64,000 nucleotides of DNA, from the NCBI GenBank assembly GCA_963758495.1, contig CAVWVI010000004.1, positions 704,001-768,000 of the forward strand. Reading direction: 5' to 3'. Source of the DNA: Oligoflexia bacterium. GTDB taxonomy: Bacteria > Bdellovibrionota > UBA1018. This document shows positions 26,505 to 35,861 of the stretch, in pieces. Below the pieces are notes generated by a model. The model was not told the origin of the DNA. It worked only from the letters and a program-made list of their open reading frames with translations, and did not search any database. Positions within the stretch are counted from its first letter, which is position 1; every line of letters starts with the position of its first letter. The translations under genes and the position numbers were made by a program.

Positions 26505-29057
26505 TCATCTCATTAGAACTTCCCGAGGTCGAGCCCCATCAGCAGGTCCCACGATTCCACGAGTCTCCATAGTTTCGATCATGCGAGCTGCACGATTATA
26601 ACCTATCTTGAGGTGTCTCTGAAGAAAGCTCGCAGAAGCATGGCCTGAGTGTTTGACTAACTGTACCCCTTCTTGAAACAAGTGGTCATCCTCGCTCTCC
26701 ATCTCACTCTGCTCATTTTCATCGTCATCATCTGCTAAGAGAATCTCATCCCTATAAGCTGGCTTACCTTGGGACCTCAAAAAAGTCGTGATCTTATTAA
26801 TTTCTTCATCCTCTAAAAAAGCTCCATGTAAGCGCAAATTTTGTGAGACACCCGGCGGAATGAAAAGCATATCCCCCTGTCCCAAGAGCCGCTCCGCTCC
26901 TGCCCGATCTAAAATCGTTTTAGAATCTACGTAACTTGCCAATTGAAATGATACCCGAGACGGTAAATTCGCTTTGATTAAACCTGTGATGACATCGGTT
27001 GAAGGACGCTGAGTAGCAATAATCAGATGAATCCCAGCCGCCCTCGCCTTTTGGGCAATCCGTGCAATTGAAATTTCCACTTCTTTTTTTGCAATCATCA
27101 TTAAATCTGCAAGCTCATCTATGATTACTACAATGTAAGGTAACTTACTGACTCTAGGGGCTCCTGTATCATCGGGCTCAAAAGCCTCGATCCAATCCCC
27201 CCCACTCGCCACGGAAGAAATTTCGGATTGTACATCCTCAGCATAAAGGAGATCCTTCACAACATCGCTTCCCATTTCTTCAATCTTTTGATTAAAGGTC
27301 GCTAAATTTCTTGCACCCATTTTAGCGAGAATTCGATATCGCCGCTCCATTTCCCGCACAGCCCACTTTAAGGCCGTACTTGCTTGTTTAGGATCATCCA
27401 CCACCGGGAGGAGGAGATGAGGAATATCCTGATACGAACGAAATTCGATAAATTTAGGGTCTACCAAAATCATCCTTAGTTCATCGGGAGTAAATCGATA
27501 GAAAAGCGAGCAAATGAGCCCATTCATAAACACTGATTTTCCTGAGCCCGTTTGTCCCGCACATAATAGGTGTGGCATCCTCGCCAAGTCTGAAAGATAA
27601 GTCTGTCCACCAATATCTTTACCCATCACCACTGGAATGGAATGCTTAGGGCCATAAAAATCAGGATGCTGTAAGAATTCGCGTAAATAAACCATTTCGC
27701 GGGTATCGCTCGGAATCTCAATTCCCACCACCGATTTACCCGGAAGCGGCGCAAGAATTCTTACACTCTGTGCAGAAAGCGCCATAGAAAGATCATCCAC
27801 AAGTGCGGCAATCCGAGAAACCTTCACCCCCGGTCCAGGCTTAAATTCATAAAGTGTAATAACAGGTCCTGGTCGCACAGCCGTAACTTCGCCATCAATC
27901 CCAAAATCTGCAAATTTTTGCTTTAAAATATGAGAATTTGAAATCAAGCGATCGCGATCAATCGCGGACTCAACAGGAGGAGGATTTTTTAGAAACTCTA
28001 CCGTGGGAAGTTGCCACTGCCCACGCTTGGTCTTGGATGGATTTTTCTCCCCTTTACTTAAGGGTTTAGAAGTTGCGTCAACTTGCCTCGGTAAAATTGT
28101 AATTCCTTTTACTTTTTCTGGCGCTTCTTCCGTGAGGCGTTCACGCATTGCACTCAGGTCAATTGCGTCTTCGTCCAAAGCTTCCGTGTCAGAACTCGTG
28201 TTTTCCGTGCTCATGTGTTCTGGGCTCGTGTTTTCTGGCTTCATTTTCGGAATAGAAACAGGCACGGGCACGACTTCTGCCGGAACAAAGGTGGACTTCG
28301 CTAAAACAAGGGCCGCGTCATTTCCTTTGGGTCCTTGAGATCCTTTGAATCCTTTTGATTCCTTTAAGTGTATTTGCATCATCCAATTTTGAGCAGTCTT
28401 CAATAAAGCTTTAGTAACTTTACTCAGAAAACCACCAAACATAGGAAGCCAATGAATAACCAGCACACTCATGCAGTAAAAAGAATAAGTGATTCCAAGT
28501 CGTAATAATCGTCCGATTAAAATTGAAAAAGCTCTGATGAGCTTAGCTCCCCATTGTGCCAAACTGAGAGGCGTAGATATAGCGAGCGATAAGGTAAAAA
28601 TAAGCAGGGTGACTAAAGAAGAGCCCAAGAAATTGAGTTCATGCAAAAGCCCATCTGCTACCCAGGTACCAAAAACGCCCCCCGTCAGCAATACGGACCC
28701 GCCATAGGTCCAGTATTTCCATTGTAGAGCTAGAAATACGGTCAAAGACCCTACGGCAATCGCCATACCGCCGATAGTTCCTAGGATAGAGACGATCCCA
28801 CCTCGCTTATGAATCGTAGCGGCAATAAAGAAAAGAGAAGCGGGGAGTAAAAACCCCCCCATCCCAAAATAATTTAAACCTGCCGAGGCTATATAGGCTC
28901 CTATCCGCCCACAGTAATTATGCGGCAATTGCGTTCCACTGCTAAACAGCGATGAATCCGCGCCATAATAAGTAGTGAGTGAGAAAAGGGTAAAAACCCC
29001 CAAGGTAAAAACGCAAATGCTCCCGACCTCGACAACTATATTTTTTCTATTTACCAT
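26505..29057 (-). CDS. ftsK: DNA translocase FtsK
   Basis: N-terminal TM region, PGPVITLYE, PHLLCAGQTGSGKS, IIDELADLM, LIIATQRPS, gamma domain IGYNRAAR. Confidence 0.97.
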   Translation of the reverse strand: MVNRKNIVVEVGSICVFTLGVFTLFSLTTYYGADSSLFSSGTQLPHNYCGRIGAYIASAGLNYFGMGGFLLPASLFFIAATIHKRGGIVSILGTIGGMAIAVGSLTVFLALQWKYWTYGGSVLLTGGVFGTWVADGLLHELNFLGSSLVTLLIFTLSLAISTPLSLAQWGAKLIRAFSILIGRLLRLGITYSFYCMSVLVIHWLPMFGGFLSKVTKALLKTAQNWMMQIHLKESKGFKGSQGPKGNDAALVLAKSTFVPAEVVPVPVSIPKMKPENTSPEHMSTENTSSDTEALDEDAIDLSAMRERLTEEAPEKVKGITILPRQVDATSKPLSKGEKNPSKTKRGQWQLPTVEFLKNPPPVESAIDRDRLISNSHILKQKFADFGIDGEVTAVRPGPVITLYEFKPGPGVKVSRIAALVDDLSMALSAQSVRILAPLPGKSVVGIEIPSDTREMVYLREFLQHPDFYGPKHSIPVVMGKDIGGQTYLSDLARMPHLLCAGQTGSGKSVFMNGLICSLFYRFTPDELRMILVDPKFIEFRSYQDIPHLLLPVVDDPKQASTALKWAVREMERRYRILAKMGARNLATFNQKIEEMGSDVVKDLLYAEDVQSEISSVASGGDWIEAFEPDDTGAPRVSKLPYIVVIIDELADLMMIAKKEVEISIARIAQKARAAGIHLIIATQRPSTDVITGLIKANLPSRVSFQLASYVDSKTILDRAGAERLLGQGDMLFIPPGVSQNLRLHGAFLEDEEINKITTFLRSQGKPAYRDEILLADDDDENEQSEMESEDDHLFQEGVQLVKHSGHASASFLQRHLKIGYNRAARMIETMETRGIVGPADGARPREVLMR

Positions 29058-29080
29058 TTCTCTATGTTACACATTCAAAC

Positions 29081-30016
29081 ATGAGTCAGAAAGTATTGTC
29101 TTATGACTTAGGTGGAACTAAAATTTCGGTCGGCATAGTGAATAGCCGAGGCCGTATTATCGAGGAGCTTCGCACCCCTGCTCTCATTGATCAAGGCAAA
29201 GACGCTGTACTTCAACAGCTGATAGATACCGGTAAACAACTCCTTCGCCGATTCCCAGAAGTTAAAAAGGTCGGCATTGCATCTGCCGGTCCGATTGACC
29301 CCAAAAAAGGAGACTTACTTGATCCGACAAACTTTGCCAACAGCCAAGGAACTTGGGGTAAAGTGCCCATCACCAGAATTTTAAAAAGAGCGTTAAGACG
29401 TCCTGTCTATTTAGAAAATGATGCGGCGGCTGCTATTTTAGCTGAACACTGGATAGGCACTGCAAAAAAATATCAGAACGCCATGATTTTGACGCTTGGA
29501 ACCGGATTGGGAACAGGCATCATTTGTAATGGAAAATTGGTGCGTGCAGGTCGAAATCTCCACACTGAAGCAGGCCACATGATACTTCGATATAATGATC
29601 CATCCGCTCCCTGTGGTTGTGGAAATTTAGGATGTGCTGAGGCCTATCTGTCAGGGCGTAATTTTGGCCGGCGAGCTATGCAAAAATTTGCAAATCCAAA
29701 TCTCACTCCTCTTGATATCGCAGAATTGGCAAGAAAACATGATCCGCGGGCTTTATCGGCATTTGAGGAATATGCGGAAATCATGGCAGTTGCGATTCAT
29801 AATTACTGTCGTATTTATAGTCCTGAAATTATCATTTTCACAGGAAGCTTTGCTGAGTGTGCAGATCTCTTTTTACCCAATACTCTCACGCACCTTGAAA
29901 AACTTCTGATACGCCAAAGAGCCGGGATCGATCTTCTTCCAAAACTAGTCGTTTCTTCATTACATAACGAAGCAGGACTCATTGGAGGTGCCTATGTTGC
30001 ATTTCATAGCCACTGA
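29081..30016 (+). CDS. ROK-family sugar kinase
   Basis: DLGGTKI, LENDAAAA, TLGTGLG, EAGH, CGCGNLGCAEAYLSG. Confidence 0.92.
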   Translation: MSQKVLSYDLGGTKISVGIVNSRGRIIEELRTPALIDQGKDAVLQQLIDTGKQLLRRFPEVKKVGIASAGPIDPKKGDLLDPTNFANSQGTWGKVPITRILKRALRRPVYLENDAAAAILAEHWIGTAKKYQNAMILTLGTGLGTGIICNGKLVRAGRNLHTEAGHMILRYNDPSAPCGCGNLGCAEAYLSGRNFGRRAMQKFANPNLTPLDIAELARKHDPRALSAFEEYAEIMAVAIHNYCRIYSPEIIIFTGSFAECADLFLPNTLTHLEKLLIRQRAGIDLLPKLVVSSLHNEAGLIGGAYVAFHSH

Positions 30017-30225
30017 AGTCGAATAAGACCATCGTAGGCACTCATCCTTTCTTCACTGCTTCGTAATTTCTCAAAATTTGTGATCAAGCATTTAAACGAA
30101 CTACCAAAATTGAGTAGTTTAACATCTAAAGTCCACGACTTCCGCTACCTTAAATGACACTTTAAGTATTTTCAAAAAGTCTGCACCCACTGACCTAAAC
30201 TATCCCTTAACCCGAACTGAGGTCC

Positions 30226-30543
30226 TTAAGCTGTTTTTAAAAGTACAATTGAGCTGAAAACCATGAGTATCCCTGCCCAACCTTTCCAATTGAGTTTTTG
30301 CCCGAAGAGGACTCTTGCGGACATGACTGTTCCAAGGATAGCCATCGCCCCCCAGCTCACGTAAGCTATAGTAAGGTCAATAGACTTTGTTACCTGCGCT
30401 AGCAAAGTGAAGGCAAGACAAACCATCATTAAGGCTGGAATTCCATACTTCTTATGTTTAAAACCATCTGATTTTTCGAGAAGTAAGTTTGCAGCCACAT
30501 CCAAAACCGCTGCAAAGACGATAAAAAGAAAATAAATATTCAT
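30226..30543 (-). CDS. SMR-family exporter subunit (MdtI-like)
   Basis: 4 TM, LDVAANLLLEKSDGF, IAYVSWGA. Confidence 0.85.
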   Translation of the reverse strand: MNIYFLFIVFAAVLDVAANLLLEKSDGFKHKKYGIPALMMVCLAFTLLAQVTKSIDLTIAYVSWGAMAILGTVMSARVLFGQKLNWKGWAGILMVFSSIVLLKTA

Positions 30544-30917
30544 ACCTGTGCCACCCTAGCAGCAGTTTTCTCTGCTTTTGAATCAACTGTTTCCTCTTTT
30601 TCACCAAAGCGAAGAAAGATAATTCCCCCTATAGCCAAAGCCAATCCCAAGAGCTTTTGAATGGAAACTCTTTCATTTAGGAAAATCATTGAGATCGATG
30701 AAATCAGCGCGGTTCCAAAGCCTTCCCAAATAGCGATAGCTATTCCAACTGCAATTTTACGGAGAGCAAAAGACAGCAAAGTATAAGACGATGAGATAAA
30801 AACAAACATAAGGGCATACATCCATAAACTGCCCGAGTGACCGGATGCATTCATCGTTAAAGTGCCAGCCACTTCTGTAATAATGGCTAAAATTAAATAT
30901 ATCCATGCGAGACCCAT
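30540..30917 (-). CDS. SMR-family exporter subunit (MdtJ-like)
   Basis: WIYLILAIITEVAGT, IAVGIAIAIWEG; overlaps its partner. Confidence 0.85.
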   Translation of the reverse strand: MGLAWIYLILAIITEVAGTLTMNASGHSGSLWMYALMFVFISSSYTLLSFALRKIAVGIAIAIWEGFGTALISSISMIFLNERVSIQKLLGLALAIGGIIFLRFGEKEETVDSKAEKTAARVAQV

Positions 30918-31009
30918 GCGAATGTATTCCTTAGTATTTAAAATTCAAAATGACTCCACGAATCATATATTCATTTTAAATTAAAAACAAGAAGCATGGC
31001 CCTTTTGTG

Positions 31010-31522
31010 TCAAAAGGGAAAATTAACGCCAACTGCAACCAAGTCATGACTGATTTCCGCACGGCCCCGAATAAGGTCAGAGAGTCGAAAGAATGCTCCC
31101 ATACCAAACCGAGGGGTCATCTCAAATCGACTGACAGAATTAACACTCATCATATTACCGCCGACCCCACCTAATCCATAAAACGTCCAAGTAGAATCTT
31201 TTATAAAATCCCAACGTAAATGCGCACTATAAGCCGTCGCGGTAACCCCGGATAAGAATACGGGCCCTATAGCACCCTCAATAGATACCAAATTATTAAT
31301 ATCTGGAACGAATCCATGAGGAACAATCTTTCGGCTAAAAGTACCCAGAAGAGCATATCCGGAAGAACCGTCGATGATCCCCAACCCAGTCAGAACTCCT
31401 GCGCTCATCTCGCTTGACTCAGTCTTTCCTTTCCAATCCTCTGCAAAAGCATTTGAAGCAACTGAAATTAAACTGACTAACAAAAGCCCCACCCTACCGA
31501 AAACTTGTCCTAATTTCTTCAT
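31010..31522 (-). CDS. Hypothetical outer-membrane beta-barrel-like protein
   Basis: Signal ending AFA, alternating beta pattern, C-terminal Phe. Confidence 0.65.
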   Translation of the reverse strand: MKKLGQVFGRVGLLLVSLISVASNAFAEDWKGKTESSEMSAGVLTGLGIIDGSSGYALLGTFSRKIVPHGFVPDINNLVSIEGAIGPVFLSGVTATAYSAHLRWDFIKDSTWTFYGLGGVGGNMMSVNSVSRFEMTPRFGMGAFFRLSDLIRGRAEISHDLVAVGVNFPF

Positions 31523-31531
31523 CTTGCGACC

Positions 31532-32182
31532 TTAACTCAAAGTTCTTAATCGATCGAGTAAGTTTTTTAATATTGAACCCGTCGCTCCCCAAATTCGATG
31601 TTGATCTACTTGATACACATCGATCGGATATTGAATCGATCCCACAGAAATAGATTCACTTCTGTAGGTATCAGAATGAAAGAGGACACGGAGAGGCACC
31701 CATACTGCTTCTGCAATTTCATGGGCATCTAGCTGCAAAGAAATTTCTTCGCGAGAAAGTTTTGATACTCCCACCACCGGATGAATCAAAAATCCTGTTG
31801 CCGTTAATAAAGAGGGTAAGATACCCCTGACGCTTACGCTATCACCTGTAATTCCCACTTCTTCATAAGTTTCTCGGAGAGCGGTCGTAATTGGACTTTC
31901 TAAGTCCTCAGGTTCAACATGACCTCCCGGAAAAGCCATCTGACCTTTATGAGTCACAACATTCTCCGCTCTACGAGTCAATAAAATCCATGGCCCCATC
32001 TCTCCAAGTCCATCATGAACTTTTGGATACACAAACAAAACCAATACAGCCGCTTGGATTGCATTCTCTTCTGAAATCGGATCGAGATTCTGATGAACTC
32101 GATTGGAATACGGATGCTCCAATTTAAGTACAGAGTCGAGAACTTTAGAAAACTCTTCCTGTGGCATTTCCAAAAGTCGCAT
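31532..32182 (-). CDS. Nudix CoA pyrophosphatase (NudL/PCD1-like)
   Basis: AAVLV, LLTRRA..V.THKGQMAFPGG, TALRETYEEVG, IWGATG. Confidence 0.92.
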   Translation of the reverse strand: MRLLEMPQEEFSKVLDSVLKLEHPYSNRVHQNLDPISEENAIQAAVLVLFVYPKVHDGLGEMGPWILLTRRAENVVTHKGQMAFPGGHVEPEDLESPITTALRETYEEVGITGDSVSVRGILPSLLTATGFLIHPVVGVSKLSREEISLQLDAHEIAEAVWVPLRVLFHSDTYRSESISVGSIQYPIDVYQVDQHRIWGATGSILKNLLDRLRTLS

Positions 32183-33558
32183 TACTTGACCCCTCTTAAA
32201 TCAATGCCATATCTCTGGGCTTTACGATACAAAGTAGCTCTGTCAATTCCTAAAATCTCTGAAGCCTTTGATTTATTAAAATTCACCTCCTGAAGCACCT
32301 TAACAATATGATTTTTTTCCATTTCCTCAAGCGAAGTACGAGATTGCTTGCCTACTTTTTCACTTCCCACTGAGCCTAAAGCAGACTCTCGAAAGAGCTC
32401 CAAAGGAAAATCATCTGGAAATAAAATTGAAGAATTACTCATAGCAACCGCTCGCTCAATCGCATGCTCCAATTCACGAATATTTCCAGGCCATGAATAA
32501 TTCATAAGCAGCTTCATGCATTCATCCGAAATATGGGATATTACTTTTTTATTTACTTCAGAATAGCGATTCAGAAAGTGTTCTACTAAGTCCGGCAAGT
32601 CCTCCATTCGCTCTCGCAAAGAAGGTAAATGAATTTCAATCACTTTGAGTCGATAAAATAGATCTTCTCGAAATTTACCACTCCGCACCAACGACTCAAG
32701 ATCCCGATGAGTTGCCGCAACCATTCGTATATTCACCTTACGAACTTCGGAAGACCCCACCGGCTTGATTTCACTTTCTTGCAATACTCTCAGTAATTTA
32801 ATTTGAAGCGCAGGTGAAATATCCCCTATTTCATCTAAAAAAATAGTACCGCTGTTTGCTTCCTCAAATAAGCCGCGTTTATCAGAGACGGCTCCCGTAA
32901 AAGATCCTTTAATATGGCCAAATAATTCAGACTCCAAAAGACTATCGGCAAGTGCGCCACAATTAATCGGAATAAATCGTTTATTTCTCCGTGGCCCGTT
33001 ATTGTGAATAGCACGCGCCACCAGTTCTTTTCCGGTACCACTTTCTCCCATAACCAAAACTGTACTGGCCGACATGGCTGCCCTGGCTAAAGTCTTATAA
33101 ACTTCCACTATTTTTGGAGATTTGCCAATTAAACTCTGAGTCGTCATTCCTAGCTGAACAGGTACAGATGATTCCTTAATTTCCCTAAGGGACTCCCAAT
33201 GCTTTGCTGCGCGCGAGACGACCATTTTGAGGTTATCGATTTTAAATGGTTTACTCACATAATCAAATGCGCCCTCTTGGATCGCTCCAATCGCACCCTC
33301 CATACTTCCAAAGCCGGTCATCAAAATCACGGCAGATTGGAGATCAGCGCGTTTTACTTCACGAAGTACGGCCATGCCATCCGTTTCTAGCATTCGAATA
33401 TCAGACAATATAATAGGGAATAACTCACGTTTAATGTATTTTACGGCTTCTTCACCGTTGATGGCTAATTGTGTTTGATAGCCTTCTTTTTCTAAAACTT
33501 CTTTAAGAAGCTTTCGGGTCACTTCATCGTCATCCACTATAAGTATTCTTAAATTCAT
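32182..33558 (-). CDS. Sigma-54-dependent response regulator (NtrC/ZraR/AtoC family)
   Basis: Receiver domain, GESGTGKELVA, ESELFGH.KGSFTGA, FLDEIGD, FREDLFYRL, WPGNIRELE, Fis HTH. Confidence 0.95.
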   Translation of the reverse strand: MNLRILIVDDDEVTRKLLKEVLEKEGYQTQLAINGEEAVKYIKRELFPIILSDIRMLETDGMAVLREVKRADLQSAVILMTGFGSMEGAIGAIQEGAFDYVSKPFKIDNLKMVVSRAAKHWESLREIKESSVPVQLGMTTQSLIGKSPKIVEVYKTLARAAMSASTVLVMGESGTGKELVARAIHNNGPRRNKRFIPINCGALADSLLESELFGHIKGSFTGAVSDKRGLFEEANSGTIFLDEIGDISPALQIKLLRVLQESEIKPVGSSEVRKVNIRMVAATHRDLESLVRSGKFREDLFYRLKVIEIHLPSLRERMEDLPDLVEHFLNRYSEVNKKVISHISDECMKLLMNYSWPGNIRELEHAIERAVAMSNSSILFPDDFPLELFRESALGSVGSEKVGKQSRTSLEEMEKNHIVKVLQEVNFNKSKASEILGIDRATLYRKAQRYGIDLRGVK

Positions 33559-35000
33559 AATATTTTGCTATGGGTCTGATAGGGTAGTTTGAGTGTTACC
33601 CGTGTCCAAGCTCCTTCCTTCGAATCGATCAGTAAATCGCCCCCATACTTATGCGCGAGCTGTTGACAAATGGTCAATCCTAAACCCGTTCCCTCTCCTG
33701 GCCGCTTAGTTGTAAAAAAAGGTTTCAATACATTTTTCAAATCAACCTTACGAATCCCCTCCCCTGTATCATAAATAGAAATTTCAGCCCACACTTTCCC
33801 TTGAACCTTACTTACAGTGGTAGAGACCTCAAGGTGTACTGGATTTCTTGGCTTAAGTTTACTTTTTACTTTAATGCTGTCTAGTGAGTTATTTAATAAA
33901 TTAAGTATAATTTGCTCTAAATCCAAAGGAACCGCCCTCACCGGCGCCATACTTCGATCAAAATTTCTTTTTACCTCGATCCCTAACAACTCTGTTCTAG
34001 GTGTCACAATATTTAATGTTTTATCGACAAGACGATTGAGATCTACCAGCTGTTTCTGGGAAGTCGGTTTGGCAGTACTTTGTAAAAAGCCCTTAATAAT
34101 TGCCTCAATTTTACTCAATTGCCCATCTACAATCTCAAAGCGTGAATTCACTATTTCCCGCACAGATAGCGGAATCTCATCCTTGAGTAATTGTAAATGC
34201 CCTCCTATTGCATTCAGTGGCGTACCAATTTCATGAGCAAAGCTAGCCGTCAATTGCCCCATCACCGCCAACTTTTCGGTAGTCACCAACTGCCTGTGAG
34301 CCTCTTGTAATTGCTCCGTAAGTTGGACGTTTTGAGACTCGGCTACTCTCAAAAGCCGATCATTAGCAATAGTCTTTCTCAAAAAATAGCCCAGAGCCAA
34401 AATTAAGGTAATCACGCTAAACCCGGCGGCAGTGGCAGTCGTCTTCCAGAGCGTACCCACAATCCGTCCTACCAACTTTGTAGATACAACTACATGTACC
34501 GTACCCAGTAGCCGCTTAGGACCTCTGGGATCCCGAGTTCGATGTTCGATAGGAACATAAATATCCCATAATCCACTGCCCGCTTCGTCTATTTTAAATT
34601 CGCTCCGCACGGTTTCCACTAAAGGATACAATTGTCCTGAAATGGAAGATTCGTCTTCATCAATATTAGTTGCAACCATACGAATGGTTCCAGTTGCCGG
34701 ATCTTTAGCAACCACATCAATTCGAACTATATCAGGCTGAGTATAAAGGATATCTTGAAGAGAATTCTCAATGGCGGGCGTAGGATTAGAAAGAGAAAGA
34801 AAACGAGAACTATCAATTTCGGCTGCTAAAGTTTTACCTGAATTAATCCCAATTTGACGAATCTCTTCTTCTAAAATAGGAAGAGTAAATTTATTTTCAG
34901 CGATCGTCACGATCAAAAATGTAGGAAGAATGACCGCTACTAATACAAGACTGATTTTAGCCTGTAAATCTAAGCGACGACTTAGACAGTTCATATACAC
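33555..35000 (-). CDS. Membrane sensor histidine kinase
   Basis: 2 TM, AHEIGTPL, NLLNNSLD, DTGEGI, PFFTTK, GTGLGL. Confidence 0.93.
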   Translation of the reverse strand: MYMNCLSRRLDLQAKISLVLVAVILPTFLIVTIAENKFTLPILEEEIRQIGINSGKTLAAEIDSSRFLSLSNPTPAIENSLQDILYTQPDIVRIDVVAKDPATGTIRMVATNIDEDESSISGQLYPLVETVRSEFKIDEAGSGLWDIYVPIEHRTRDPRGPKRLLGTVHVVVSTKLVGRIVGTLWKTTATAAGFSVITLILALGYFLRKTIANDRLLRVAESQNVQLTEQLQEAHRQLVTTEKLAVMGQLTASFAHEIGTPLNAIGGHLQLLKDEIPLSVREIVNSRFEIVDGQLSKIEAIIKGFLQSTAKPTSQKQLVDLNRLVDKTLNIVTPRTELLGIEVKRNFDRSMAPVRAVPLDLEQIILNLLNNSLDSIKVKSKLKPRNPVHLEVSTTVSKVQGKVWAEISIYDTGEGIRKVDLKNVLKPFFTTKRPGEGTGLGLTICQQLAHKYGGDLLIDSKEGAWTRVTLKLPYQTHSKIL

Positions 35001-35020
35001 TATTTAACACGAATAAATAA

Positions 35021-35052
35021 AAACCGGGAAACTTGTTCTAGTTTCCCGGTTT
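35021..35052 (-). terminator. Intrinsic terminator after the two small exported-protein genes
   Basis: AAACCGGGAAACT-TGTTCT-AGTTTCCCGGTTT 13-bp stem, T-rich tail on the minus strand. Confidence 0.8.
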
Positions 35053-35112
35053 CATATTTTATTCCTATTTCGTCCTATTTTGTAACGAAATAGAATAATC
35101 TAAATCCTAGCA

Positions 35113-35331
35113 TTATGAAGCTGGAGTTTCTGCTGCAGCTTTCTTCTTCTTATGTTTCTTGTGCTTATGTGATGTCTTAGGAGCTGCTTCTTTGCTCATT
35201 GCAGGAGCTTCTTTGTTCATTGCAGGAGCTTCAGGAGCTGCATTACCAGCAGGAGCTTCTGTGCCTTCAGCAAAAGCCAAACTTGTCATTGCGAATGATG
35301 CTGCGATTAATGTTACTAGTACTTTTTTCAT
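35113..35331 (-). CDS. Small exported Ala/Pro/Lys/His-rich protein (acid-shock-protein-like composition)
   Basis: AAGGAG SD; MKKVLVTLIAASFAMTSLAFA signal; EAPAMNK/EAPAMSK 21-bp tandem repeat; KHKKHKKKK tail. Confidence 0.8.
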   Translation of the reverse strand: MKKVLVTLIAASFAMTSLAFAEGTEAPAGNAAPEAPAMNKEAPAMSKEAAPKTSHKHKKHKKKKAAAETPAS

Positions 35332-35385
35332 AAATATCTCCTTAACAGATTTGTTTGTTATTAACCTACTCATAATGAGTAGATA

Positions 35386-35604
35386 TTAGGTTGTAGGGGT
35401 CGTTGCTGAAACAGCTTCAGACTTCTTCTTTGCCTTTCCGTGCTTCTTACTTTTTTTCTTTGCCTTCTTCACTACTACAGTTTTTGAAGTAGCTGGAGAA
35501 GTCACTTGAGTAGAAGTCGTTGGTGCTGCTACTTGTTCAGCAGCAAAGACCATGGATGACATCGCAAAAGTTGTTGCAATTAACGTAACTAAAGTTTTTT
35601 TCAT
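35386..35604 (-). CDS. Small exported Thr/Lys-rich protein, paralogue of 35113-35331
   Basis: AGGAGG SD; MKKTLVTLIATTFAMSSMVFA signal; poly-Lys tail. Confidence 0.8.
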   Translation of the reverse strand: MKKTLVTLIATTFAMSSMVFAAEQVAAPTTSTQVTSPATSKTVVVKKAKKKSKKHGKAKKKSEAVSATTPTT

Positions 35605-35663
35605 AACTGCCTCCTATTTATTTAATGCTCTAATGCTTTTAACCAACTCACACCTTGGAATAA

Positions 35664-35680
35664 AGCAACCTAGATGCCAA
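35664..35680 (-). promoter_or_regulatory. Sigma-54 (-24/-12) promoter
   Basis: Minus strand TTGGCATCTAGGTTGCT. Confidence 0.8.
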
Positions 35681-35732
35681 TTTATAATTACTTACATTTC
35701 AATTAGTTACAATAAAAATCTATGGATTAAAT

Positions 35733-35769
35733 TGTAGCATCTCGCTACACTTTGCTGAGACTTGCGACA
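35733..35769. promoter_or_regulatory. Putative tandem upstream activator sites for an NtrC-family protein
   Basis: TGTAGC-ATCTC-GCTACA palindrome, and a weaker TGCTGAGACTTGCGACA 20 bp away, upstream of the sigma-54 promoter. Confidence 0.6.
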
Positions 35770-35861
35770 CTTCTAGCGAAAACTCTGCTTTTATACTTAA
35801 ATGAGTGCCATTGAAGACCTAAACAATTCATTTGCCGCAACAAGTCAGAAGAAGTAGATTC

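Noticed and set aside
30918..31009. Guanidine riboswitch upstream of the SMR pair
   Set aside because: AT-rich leader without recognisable guanidine-I/II/III motifs; proteins look MdtIJ-like.
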